Assembly (NCBI GenBank): GCA_964356875.1
Contig: CAYHIX010000001.1
Span: 1-41,223 of the forward strand
Source of the DNA: an uncultured Candidatus Saccharibacteria bacterium
GTDB taxonomy: Bacteria; Patescibacteriota; Minisyncoccia; Phycocordibacterales; UBA9973
Reading direction: 5' to 3'
DNA length: 41,223 nucleotides
The first letter of the stretch is position 1. Each line of letters opens with the position of its first letter. Shown in pieces: positions 9,568-17,628 of this stretch. The notes below the pieces were generated by a model. That model worked only from the letters and a program-made list of their open reading frames with translations, made no database searches and had not been told where the DNA came from. A program made the translations under genes and the position numbers.

Positions 9568-9641
9568 GTCGGCGTAGCTCAGGTGGTTAGAGCATGGCAC
9601 TCATAAAGCCAAGGTCGGTGGTTCGAATCCACCCGTCGACA
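9568..9641 (+). tRNA. tRNA with CAU anticodon (elongator Met most likely; lysidine-type Ile2 not excluded)
   Basis: Acceptor GTCGGCG/CGTCGAC, D arm GCTC/GAGC, anticodon loop CTCATAA, T arm GGTGG-TTCGAAT-CCACC. The G1-C72 pair argues against an initiator. Confidence 0.85.
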
Positions 9642-9697
9642 CAGCGAGGGAAAATAATCATTGAAATTTTTCTTGTTTTAAGGTAAGTTGTATAGAT

Positions 9698-9771
9698 GCG
9701 GTCGTAGCTCAACTGGTTAGAGCGCTTCCCTGTCACGGAAGAGGTTGCCGGTTCAAGTCCGGTCGATCGCG
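9698..9771 (+). tRNA. tRNA-Asp, anticodon GUC
   Basis: Acceptor GCGGTCG/CGATCGC, anticodon arm CTTCC-CTGTCAC-GGAAG, T arm GCCGG-TTCAAGT-CCGGT. Confidence 0.9.
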
Positions 9772-9831
9772 CATTTGAAAAGAGCCATAGAAATATGGTT
9801 CTTTTTGTTGCGGGTGTGGTAGACGAAGAAC

Positions 9832-9840
9832 TGATATAAT
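9832..9840 (+). promoter_or_regulatory. Extended -10 (TGaTATAAT), 6 nt upstream of ATG 9847
   Basis: Read directly from the sequence. Confidence 0.5.
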
Positions 9841-9846
9841 CAAAAT

Positions 9847-10410
9847 ATGAAATCATTTTTTCGTATGTTGAGACACAAAGCGATACTTCGTAGTATGGTA
9901 TTTTTAAGCAATTCTTCAGTTTTAGATACCTCTTGTCAGGACGGCACTTTTTTGAAAATTTTGCTTAAGAAAAATTCGGATAAAAATTTAAAAGTTTTCG
10001 GTGTAGACATTAACGAGGAAGATATTGAAAAAGCTAAGAATTTAATCCCAGATGGGACATTTTTGGTAACTAATAATAAAAAGTTGCCTAATCCAGATAG
10101 GACATTTGATTTTGTGCTTACATCGTTAACTCTTCACCATATGGATGACCCAATAGGATCATTGTCTGAAATGAATAGGGTTCTAAAAGAGGACGGGCAG
10201 GCTTACTTAGTAGACATTATTTCTAGAAGTTCGCTATCTTATAAAATATTAAATTTCATTAAATGTAGAGAACCATACCATTTTGAGAAGTTTTATTCAC
10301 TATCTGAGGCACAAGATTTAGTTGCAAAAGCCGGGTTTAAGGTTAGGGAAGTCAATTCATTGTCGGTGTTTATAATGCCTGTAGTTATTTTAAAACTAAG
10401 TAAAATTTAA
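9847..10410 (+). CDS. Class I SAM-dependent methyltransferase (substrate unknown)
   Basis: 187 aa with a Rossmann-type layout: degenerate motif I VLDTSCQDG, acidic VFGVDINEE, and LTLHHMDD / LKEDGQAYLVD as in Methyltransf_11/25-like proteins. Confidence 0.72.
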   Translation: MKSFFRMLRHKAILRSMVFLSNSSVLDTSCQDGTFLKILLKKNSDKNLKVFGVDINEEDIEKAKNLIPDGTFLVTNNKKLPNPDRTFDFVLTSLTLHHMDDPIGSLSEMNRVLKEDGQAYLVDIISRSSLSYKILNFIKCREPYHFEKFYSLSEAQDLVAKAGFKVREVNSLSVFIMPVVILKLSKI

Positions 10411-10493
10411 TGGTTGGTGTTGAATTTAGGTATATGAATATACCCATTATACTGCCGTATTGCAGTTCCAACTTTGTTCACTAAGTCGCATAC

Positions 10494-10519
10494 AAAAAGC
10501 TCCCATGGGGGAGCTTTTT
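10494..10519. terminator. Bidirectional intrinsic terminator between convergent genes
   Basis: AAAAA-GCTCCC-ATGG-GGGAGC-TTTTT. Confidence 0.6.
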
Positions 10520-10537
10520 GTTGAGCCTACGATATAC

Positions 10538-10894
10538 TTATTCTTGTTTATTTAATTTCACCGCTGCTTCGGGAGTGGATACTGTTTTACCCATTAGGAA
10601 TAGTTTGATGATAATTATAGCTAAGATCCAATACACAAGCATAGCGAGTAGTGTGGTCCATTCAAAAATATTGCCTTCTATGTATGTCACACGAAAGACG
10701 CTTTCAAAAGGAGCTGTGAATACACTACTAATTCCATAAATAAAACTAGAAAATCCAGCCCTTGGGTTGGCGCTCAGTAATTTTAAAATAAATCTAAAGA
10801 TTAATAATATTTCTATTAACCCCAAAACATACCATACTATTTGTGTACCTCTGTATAAGGGCTTTGTGGATGATGAACTAAAAGATGATTCCAT
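10538..10894 (-). CDS. YggT-family membrane protein
   Basis: 118 aa. YVLGLIEILLIFRFILKLL followed by a second TM segment is typical of YggT-like proteins. Confidence 0.75.
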   Translation of the reverse strand: MESSFSSSSTKPLYRGTQIVWYVLGLIEILLIFRFILKLLSANPRAGFSSFIYGISSVFTAPFESVFRVTYIEGNIFEWTTLLAMLVYWILAIIIIKLFLMGKTVSTPEAAVKLNKQE

Positions 10895-11010
10895 ATATTT
10901 ATTTCTTGTTATATTAATTAATAAAATTCTATTACTATATATTATGTCGTTTCAAGTCAGATAATATTACAGGGCACATTTACCTCTTCATGAAGATTTC
11001 ACTTAAAAGG

Positions 11011-11019
11011 TGATAATAT
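11011..11019 (+). promoter_or_regulatory. Extended -10 (TGaTAATAT), 6 nt upstream of ATG 11026
   Basis: Read directly from the sequence. Confidence 0.45.
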
Positions 11020-11025
11020 TAGCCT

Positions 11026-11694
11026 ATGAAGATATTAGTAGTTGAAGACAATATAAAACTGGCAGAAAATATACGGCAAGGACTGGTGCAAGAAGGCTAT
11101 GCAGTAGACGTCATAGAAGACGGGCTTGTAGCTGAAAGGCGTATACTAGTGAATAAAGACGAGTATGATCTCATCATTTTAGACAGAATGTTGCCCGGTA
11201 AAGACGGTGTGTCTGTATGCACCTACTGGAGAGAGTCCGGAGTGGTGATACCTATATTGATGCTTACCGCACTTGATTCTACTGAAGACAAGGTCTTAGG
11301 GCTCGACGCTGGGGCTGATGACTACCTAGCCAAACCTTTTGCTTTCAAAGAGCTAGTATCTCGAATACGAGCTCTACTTCGAAGGCCGACGCAAACATCT
11401 CCAGACTTACTTACTCTAAAAGACCTTACTATAAATACTAGGAATAGAGTGGTAAGCTATAAAAACAAGGTGGTGTCACTCACTTTGAAAGAATTCATGG
11501 TGCTGGAATACATGATGCGCCACCTTGGGAAAGTAGTGACTAGAGATGAGCTATATGCACATGCTTGGGATTTTGCAGATTCTTCTTTTAGTAACACTGT
11601 CGATGTACATATCAAAAATTTAAGAAAAAAAATTCATGATAATGCAAAAATTATACAAACAATTCGAGGCGTGGGTTACAAAATGGAAAATTAA
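11026..11694 (+). CDS. OmpR/PhoB-family response regulator
   Basis: 222 aa. Receiver domain (VVEDN, LIILDRMLPGKDG, LTA, KPF) plus a winged-helix output domain (LTLKEF, RGVGYKM). Confidence 0.93.
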   Translation: MKILVVEDNIKLAENIRQGLVQEGYAVDVIEDGLVAERRILVNKDEYDLIILDRMLPGKDGVSVCTYWRESGVVIPILMLTALDSTEDKVLGLDAGADDYLAKPFAFKELVSRIRALLRRPTQTSPDLLTLKDLTINTRNRVVSYKNKVVSLTLKEFMVLEYMMRHLGKVVTRDELYAHAWDFADSSFSNTVDVHIKNLRKKIHDNAKIIQTIRGVGYKMEN

Positions 11695-12670
11695 TAACAC
11701 TTTTGACGAGTTCTTTGTCGCCCGTATTCGTCTTACTTTTTATTATTCTATTACTGCTCTCATCATCCTTGGTGTGTCCAGCATCATACTTTATAATACG
11801 ATTTTATCAAACTTATCAGAGTCCATACTTGAGGATAATAGATTTAATCCTCAAATAGCTAGGTTTATCATAGATCGTACTCAAGACATATTGGTAAGCC
11901 GTTTTCTGACGATAAACTTTATTTTAATAATTTGTATAATTGTTTTAGGATTTTTTCTAAGTCAGAAGACTTTGAAGCCCATAAAGTCCAATATGGAAAA
12001 ACAAAAGAGATTTATAGCGGACGCTTCGCATGAACTAAGGACACCTATTGCTGTCATCATCTCCGGACTGGAAGTGAATCTAAATAACAAGAAGCTAGAC
12101 GACGTGCTTGCCCGCAAAGTCTTAGAAGATACTCTGGTAGAGGTCCGAGATCTATCTGTGCTCACGAATAACTTGTTAGATATTTCCAAATACGATACTC
12201 AAAAACAAATAGAATACGAAATATTGAATATAAGTGATTTGGTAAAAGAAATAGTGGGCAAGATGGTAAATCTGGCTAATGATAAAAATATAATAATTGA
12301 AACTAATATAAATTCTCTAGAAAAAGTAAGAGGGAACAAGATCGCACTTGGTAGGGTAGTCTCTAATATTTTAGATAATGCTATAAAGTATTCAGAAACA
12401 GGTGGATTAGTGCAAATTTCTGAAAAAATTTCATTAAATAGATATATACTTAAAGTCAACGACAATGGAAAAGGTATCTCGAAAAATATTTTAAACAAGA
12501 TCTTTGATCCATTTTTCAGGGGAGATATCTCTCGTAATAAAAGCGGGGCTGGGCTAGGACTAGCTCTATCAAAGAAAATAATAGAAGACCACAGGGGTAC
12601 AATATCTATAAAAAGTGAGTTAAATAAGGGCACAACGGTCATAATCTCTCTACCCCTATTTTCTTCATAA
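11636..12670 (+). CDS. Sensor histidine kinase
   Basis: 344 aa with two TM segments, H-box SHELRTP, N-box DNAIKY and G-boxes DNGKGI / GAGLGLAL. Overlaps the regulator gene by 59 nt. No in-frame start lies downstream of the overlap before the first TM. Confidence 0.9.
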   Translation: MIMQKLYKQFEAWVTKWKINNTFDEFFVARIRLTFYYSITALIILGVSSIILYNTILSNLSESILEDNRFNPQIARFIIDRTQDILVSRFLTINFILIICIIVLGFFLSQKTLKPIKSNMEKQKRFIADASHELRTPIAVIISGLEVNLNNKKLDDVLARKVLEDTLVEVRDLSVLTNNLLDISKYDTQKQIEYEILNISDLVKEIVGKMVNLANDKNIIIETNINSLEKVRGNKIALGRVVSNILDNAIKYSETGGLVQISEKISLNRYILKVNDNGKGISKNILNKIFDPFFRGDISRNKSGAGLGLALSKKIIEDHRGTISIKSELNKGTTVIISLPLFSS

Positions 12671-12763
12671 TGACTTCATCTAAGAAGAGTACTATTAAGG
12701 TGTGTAATTCACACTGGTCATAGTTGCACATATTATTAGTTAATAATTGTTAAGCAAGATTTA

Positions 12764-13198
12764 GTGAATCCAATTATGAAATATAAAAAACATATAGCTA
12801 CGGGAGCATTGGCGATATCATTGTTAGTAGGAGGGTCTGCTGCTTTTGCATCAGGTCCGCATGATTTAGGTATCAAGGACACACAGCCCACTTATCAAAG
12901 GCACATGAAAGGGATGAAAAATATGCCTAAGATAAGGAAGAACAGAGTGGTGGGTGTTATCACCGCATTAAACGACACCGGATTTAGTTTAGAAGTAAAA
13001 GGTAAGAGATTAAATAACATTTTCACTATTGATGTAAAACTAGATGACAATACTATTTTTACTGAGAATGGAATACTTGTGACTAAGGACAAGCTTGCCG
13101 TGGGTCAAAAGGTTTTAGTGTTTGGACCACTCGACAAAACAACCAAAATTTTAACAGCTAAAAAAGTAAAGATAGTGACCATGAATCCTGTAAATTAG
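12764..13198 (+). CDS. Secreted hypothetical protein (beta-rich, DUF5666-like by eye)
   Basis: The signal peptide starts at ATG 12776 (MKYKKHIATGALAISLLVGGSAAFA), which is the likelier start than GTG 12764. Confidence 0.6.
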   Translation: MNPIMKYKKHIATGALAISLLVGGSAAFASGPHDLGIKDTQPTYQRHMKGMKNMPKIRKNRVVGVITALNDTGFSLEVKGKRLNNIFTIDVKLDDNTIFTENGILVTKDKLAVGQKVLVFGPLDKTTKILTAKKVKIVTMNPVN

Positions 13199-13221
13199 TA
13201 AAAAGGATTATTAGAAATTAA

Positions 13222-13270
13222 ATTGCAAAACAAAAAACACCATATATTCTGGTGTTTTTTGTTTTGCAAT
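13222..13270. terminator. Long perfect hairpin (21-bp stem), bidirectional terminator-like
   Basis: ATTGCAAAACAAAAAACACCA-TATATTC-TGGTGTTTTTTGTTTTGCAAT. Confidence 0.6.
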
Positions 13271-13306
13271 ATGCCCTAAAATGAACTACTATGTTTACAG
13301 ACTTTA

Positions 13307-13381
13307 GCCGTTGTAGCTTAGTGGTAAAGCACCATATTGGTAATATGGAGAGCGTGAGTTCAATCCTCACCAACGGCTCCA
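13307..13381 (+). tRNA. tRNA-Thr, anticodon GGU (CCA encoded)
   Basis: Acceptor GCCGTTG/CAACGGC, anticodon arm CCATA-TTGGTAA-TATGG, T arm GTGAG-TTCAATC-CTCAC, then T-CCA. Confidence 0.9.
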
Positions 13382-13387
13382 CGAAAA

Positions 13388-13460
13388 GCCGATGTAGCTC
13401 AGTTGGTAGAGCATCGCTTTCGTAAAGCGAGGGTCGACAGTTCAATCCTGTCCATCGGCT
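13388..13460 (+). tRNA. tRNA-Thr, anticodon CGU
   Basis: Acceptor GCCGATG/CATCGGC, anticodon arm TCGCT-TTCGTAA-AGCGA, T arm GACAG-TTCAATC-CTGTC. No CCA encoded. Confidence 0.9.
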
Positions 13461-13461
13461 C

Positions 13462-14340
13462 ATGGATAAAAACGAAATACAAAAAAATATTGATACCTTA
13501 GAAGCTCAAATGCTTGAGCCAGATTTTTGGAATGATAAAAATAAGGCCCAAGAAGTAATAAAAGAAATCGCAGAACTAAAAGATAAAAAAGAAGGACTCG
13601 GAAAATATGATAAAGGCAACGCCATCTTGTCTATAATATCTGGCGCTGGTGGAGATGATGCAGAAGATTTTTCAGCTATTCTTTTTTCTATGTATGAAAA
13701 ATATGCTAGAAATCAGGGGTATGAAATGGTTTTAATTCATGAGCACAAGAATGATCATGGCGGGTATAGAAATATCACCGTGGAGATTTCTGGAAAGAAT
13801 ACATACGGTAATTTGAAGAATGAATCCGGAGTACACAGGCTGGTGCGCATATCGCCATTTAATGCAAAAAAACTCAGACACACTTCTTTTGCTTTAGTAG
13901 AAGTTTTGCCTAAATTTAGCAAACTAGAAGAGCGAGATATAGCAGTTCCCGCAGAAGATCTTAAAATAGAGTTTACTAGATCTGGAGGACCTGGTGGGCA
14001 GAATGTGAACAAAAGGGAGACAGCTGTGCGAATAGTCCATATACCGACTGGTATTGCCGTTTCAGCATCAAAAGAACGCTCCCAAGAGCAGAATAGGGAG
14101 GCAGCCATGGCTATTTTAAGGGCTAAGATATTCAAACAAGCCGAAAAAGAGAAAAAAACAATAGAAGAATCAATGAAAATGAAAAATACCGAGATAGAAT
14201 GGGGTAGTCAGATCAGATCTTATGTATTACATCCATATAAAATGGTGAAAGATCACAGGACGGGGGTGGAGACATCCAATGTAGATGCAGTTTTAGATGG
14301 TGAGATAGATATTTTCATTGTTGCGGAGAAAAATTTGTGA
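13462..14340 (+). CDS. prfB: Peptide chain release factor 2 with a shortened domain 1
   Basis: 292 aa with the SPF tripeptide (RISPFNAKKLRHTSFA), GGQ (SGGPGGQNVNK) and C-terminal WGSQIRSYVLHPY. Single uninterrupted ORF. Confidence 0.92.
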   Translation: MDKNEIQKNIDTLEAQMLEPDFWNDKNKAQEVIKEIAELKDKKEGLGKYDKGNAILSIISGAGGDDAEDFSAILFSMYEKYARNQGYEMVLIHEHKNDHGGYRNITVEISGKNTYGNLKNESGVHRLVRISPFNAKKLRHTSFALVEVLPKFSKLEERDIAVPAEDLKIEFTRSGGPGGQNVNKRETAVRIVHIPTGIAVSASKERSQEQNREAAMAILRAKIFKQAEKEKKTIEESMKMKNTEIEWGSQIRSYVLHPYKMVKDHRTGVETSNVDAVLDGEIDIFIVAEKNL

Positions 14341-14346
14341 TAATAT
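14338..14346 (+). promoter_or_regulatory. Extended -10-like TGaTAATAT overlapping the prfB stop, 6 nt upstream of GTG 14353
   Basis: Read directly from the sequence. ftsE may alternatively be co-transcribed with prfB. Confidence 0.3.
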
Positions 14347-14352
14347 AGATAG

Positions 14353-15021
14353 GTGATTTATTTCAACAATGTTTCAAAGTTTTATAAAGATGGAGTTGCG
14401 CTTGACGATGTAACTCTGACTATCAACGCCGGTGAATTTGTAGCTATTGTAGGACACTCGGGAGCTGGTAAGACAACAATAGCAAAAATGATTCTAGTAG
14501 ACGACAATCCCACGGACGGGACCGTTTTTTTTGAGTCTACAAATGTGCACAAATTAAAAAACAAAGAGCTCACCGATCTGCGCAGGCGTATCGGGGTGGT
14601 TTTTCAAGATTTTAGATTATTATCAAATAAGACAACTTATGAAAACATCGCCTTTGCCATGGAAGCTCTCGGTAAAAATGATGATGAGATACAAAATGAC
14701 GTACCTCATGTACTCGAGTTAGTAAATTTGAGTGACAAAACTCATCATTTCCCTCATCAATTATCAGGTGGTGAGCAACAAAGGCTAGCTATAGCTCGCG
14801 CTATCATAAACCAACCAGACCTCATCATCGCAGACGAACCTACGGGGAACCTAGATCCTGCAAATACACACGAGATAGTGCAGATCTTAAAGAAGATAAA
14901 TGATCTCGGGACGACTATCATACTTACCACACACAACCACGGCATCATAGATACTCTCGGCAAGAGAGTGATAACTATGGAAAAAGGTAAAGTGGTTAAA
15001 GATAGTAAAATTGTTAAATAA
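14353..15021 (+). CDS. ftsE: Cell-division ABC ATPase FtsE
   Basis: 222 aa with Walker A GHSGAGKTT, signature LSGGEQQR and Walker B LIIADEPTGNLD. Followed by ftsX. Confidence 0.92.
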   Translation: MIYFNNVSKFYKDGVALDDVTLTINAGEFVAIVGHSGAGKTTIAKMILVDDNPTDGTVFFESTNVHKLKNKELTDLRRRIGVVFQDFRLLSNKTTYENIAFAMEALGKNDDEIQNDVPHVLELVNLSDKTHHFPHQLSGGEQQRLAIARAIINQPDLIIADEPTGNLDPANTHEIVQILKKINDLGTTIILTTHNHGIIDTLGKRVITMEKGKVVKDSKIVK

Positions 15022-15044
15022 TTGTGGTATTATTATATTGATTT

Positions 15045-15962
15045 ATGACAGAATTAAAAAGAATTATAAAAGCTGGATTTTTGAGTTTTACTAGGAATGG
15101 CCTAGTGTCTTTTGCTGCGGTTTTAGTAGTGACTATTACTCTAATGTTTGTGACATTTATTATATTACTTCAGTCAGTACTTTACTTCTCACTCAACAAC
15201 ATAAAAGATAAAGTAGATATCACTATTTACTTTAATGTCGGAGCCTCTGAAGAAAAAATATTATCCCTCAAAGATTCTGTGTCTACGTTGCCGGAAGTGG
15301 CAGAAGTGTCTTACACTAGTGCCAAACAAGCTCTCGAGCTTTTCCGTGAGCGTCACGAAAATGATTATCCTACTATAGCTGCATTAGATGAAATCGGCAC
15401 AAATCCTCTCGGTGCGTATTTAAACATAAAAGCCAAAGACGTTTCTCAATATGAAACTATTGCAAACTTCTTAAAATCAGATGATCCGGCAGTAGCCGCC
15501 GCCGCTAGCAGTATCGACAAGATAAACTATCACCAGAACAAACTCGTGATAGATAGGTTAAACTCTATCATCTCTGGGGCACACAAATTAGGTTTCCTTA
15601 TCACTCTGATACTGATGGTCATATCCGTGATCATTACTTTCAACACCATAAGACTCGCTATATTTATATCTAAAGACGAGATAGGTGTGATGCGTCTTGT
15701 AGGAGCCTCTAAGATGTACGTCAGAGGGCCATTCTTGGTGCAGGGGATCATATATGGTGCTATAGCTACTATAGTGACCCTCATCATATTCTTCCCAGTT
15801 ACCTATTGGTTTGGTCAGAATATGACAAATTTCTTCGGATTTAATATATTCGACTACTATGTTTCCAACATCTTGCAAATTCTTGTAATTAATTTATTAT
15901 TTGGTATGTTGACGGGCATTATTTCTTCATCACTGGCTATTAGAAAGTATCTAAACAAGTAA
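15045..15962 (+). CDS. ftsX: Cell-division permease-like protein FtsX
   Basis: 305 aa with an N-terminal TM, a periplasmic-type domain and three C-terminal TM segments (FtsX/MacB-type). Lies downstream of ftsE. Confidence 0.88.
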   Translation: MTELKRIIKAGFLSFTRNGLVSFAAVLVVTITLMFVTFIILLQSVLYFSLNNIKDKVDITIYFNVGASEEKILSLKDSVSTLPEVAEVSYTSAKQALELFRERHENDYPTIAALDEIGTNPLGAYLNIKAKDVSQYETIANFLKSDDPAVAAAASSIDKINYHQNKLVIDRLNSIISGAHKLGFLITLILMVISVIITFNTIRLAIFISKDEIGVMRLVGASKMYVRGPFLVQGIIYGAIATIVTLIIFFPVTYWFGQNMTNFFGFNIFDYYVSNILQILVINLLFGMLTGIISSSLAIRKYLNK

Positions 15963-15978
15963 GGCATAAGTAGTTACA

Positions 15979-17625
15979 ATGAAAAAGCAGACAAAATATA
16001 TCTTTGTGGTTGGTGGTGTTATTTCCGGAGTAGGGAAAGGCATAACATCCTCCTCACTAGGACTTATTTTGAAAAATCGAGGACTAAATGTCACCGCTAT
16101 AAAAGTAGACCCATATATCAATGTAGACGCCGGAACCATGAACCCCATAGAACATGGGGAAGTTTTCGTTTTGGCTGATGGAGATGAGACAGATCAGGAT
16201 ATGGGTAACTACGAACGATTTCTCAATCTAAAGCTAACTCGAGATAACTACATGACAACAGGCCGAGTGTATAAGACTGTCATAGAAAAAGAGCGTAATT
16301 TAGAATACAAAGGTAGATGTGTGCAGGTGGTCCCAGACATACCTATTGAGGTCATAAGTAGGATAGAAAAATCTGCAGAAAAAGCAAATGCTGATGTGGT
16401 GATCATCGAGATAGGGGGTACTGTAGGTGAATATGAGAACATACTTTTCTTGGAAGCTGCTCGTATGATGAAGACTAAAAATCCAAAAGACGTTTTCTTT
16501 GTGATGGTTTCTTATTTACCGACTCCTTCTACAATAGGAGAGATGAAGACCAAGCCTACTCAACATGCGGCAAGACTACTTAACAATTCTGGAATTCAAG
16601 CAGACTTCATCATCGCGAGGAGTAACACTAAACTAGACGAGAAAAGAAAAGAAAAGATCGCTATGTTTTGTAGTGTGCCACCTGATCGCATCATCTCTGC
16701 TCCTGATGTGGATAGTGTTTACGACATACCACTTAATTTTGAACGAGAAAAACTTTCTGATAAGCTTTGTGAGCTCATAGGTGTCGTTTGTAAAAAACCA
16801 GATACAAAAGCATGGAATGCTTGGAAAAACTTCGCAAAGCATGCGCACAGTAGTAAAGACACAGTCAAGATAGCTATGATCGGTAAATACTTCGAGACAG
16901 GAGACTTTATCTTATCAGACTCTTATCTTTCTGTTATTGAAGCTATCAAGTACTCTTCATATATGCAAAATAAAAAGCCAATTATTTCTTGGCTCAACTC
17001 GGTAGATTTTGAAAAAAATCCTGCAAAATTAAAAGATTTGAAGAATTATGATGGGATCATCGTCCCTGGAGGATTTGGCACTAGAGGAGTCGAAGGTAAA
17101 CTCATGGCGGTAGAATACGCCCGCACTCATAAAATCCCATACCTCGGCTTGTGCTACGGTATGCAGATGATGGTGATAGAGTATGCGCGCAATGTCCTTG
17201 GACTTAAAGATGCAAACACTAGAGAAGTGGATCCAAAATCAAAAAATATTGTGATAGATATCATGGAATCTCAGAAAGAAAATATAAAGAACAACTTATA
17301 CGGTGGGTCTATGAGGCTTGGAGAATACAAAGCTATTTTGAAGCCTGGCACAATAGCGCAAAAGAGCTACGGAGCAAAAGAGGTTATAGAGAGACACAGA
17401 CATCGGTACGAAGTAAACCCAACTTTCATAAAAGCTATAGAAGATGCAGGCCTTGTCTTTTCTGGGAGATCTCCAGATGGAGACTTGATGGAAATAGCTG
17501 AGCTTCCAAAGTCCGAACATCCTTTTTTCCTAGGTACTCAGTTTCATCCAGAGTTTTTAGCACATCCACTAAAACCACACCCACTATTTTCTGCTTTTCT
17601 TAAAGCTTGTGGAGATAATAAATAA
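15979..17625 (+). CDS. pyrG: CTP synthase
   Basis: 548 aa with N-terminal GGVISGVGKG, DPYINVDAGTM and a glutaminase domain carrying GLCYGMQ and HRHRYE. Confidence 0.97.
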   Translation: MKKQTKYIFVVGGVISGVGKGITSSSLGLILKNRGLNVTAIKVDPYINVDAGTMNPIEHGEVFVLADGDETDQDMGNYERFLNLKLTRDNYMTTGRVYKTVIEKERNLEYKGRCVQVVPDIPIEVISRIEKSAEKANADVVIIEIGGTVGEYENILFLEAARMMKTKNPKDVFFVMVSYLPTPSTIGEMKTKPTQHAARLLNNSGIQADFIIARSNTKLDEKRKEKIAMFCSVPPDRIISAPDVDSVYDIPLNFEREKLSDKLCELIGVVCKKPDTKAWNAWKNFAKHAHSSKDTVKIAMIGKYFETGDFILSDSYLSVIEAIKYSSYMQNKKPIISWLNSVDFEKNPAKLKDLKNYDGIIVPGGFGTRGVEGKLMAVEYARTHKIPYLGLCYGMQMMVIEYARNVLGLKDANTREVDPKSKNIVIDIMESQKENIKNNLYGGSMRLGEYKAILKPGTIAQKSYGAKEVIERHRHRYEVNPTFIKAIEDAGLVFSGRSPDGDLMEIAELPKSEHPFFLGTQFHPEFLAHPLKPHPLFSAFLKACGDNK

Positions 17626-17628
17626 ACC

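Noticed and set aside
9587-9856. ORFs overlapping tRNA genes: 9587..9856 (-), 13218..13463 (-) and 20981..21235 (+).
   Set aside because: They are read through tRNA-Met/Asp, tRNA-Thr/Thr and tRNA-Gln respectively. The tRNA cloverleaves explain the sequence.
11636-11694. The 59-nt overlap between the response regulator and histidine kinase genes was considered as a possible frameshift or misassembly.
   Set aside because: Both ORFs are complete with all expected motifs. The only in-frame kinase starts (11636, 11642) precede the first TM. Overlap of this kind occurs in compact genomes.
13462-13560. Searched for the canonical prfB +1 programmed frameshift site (CUU UGA C with an upstream SD-like element).
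   Set aside because: The ORF is continuous from ATG 13462, and the upstream sequence is occupied by tRNA-Thr.
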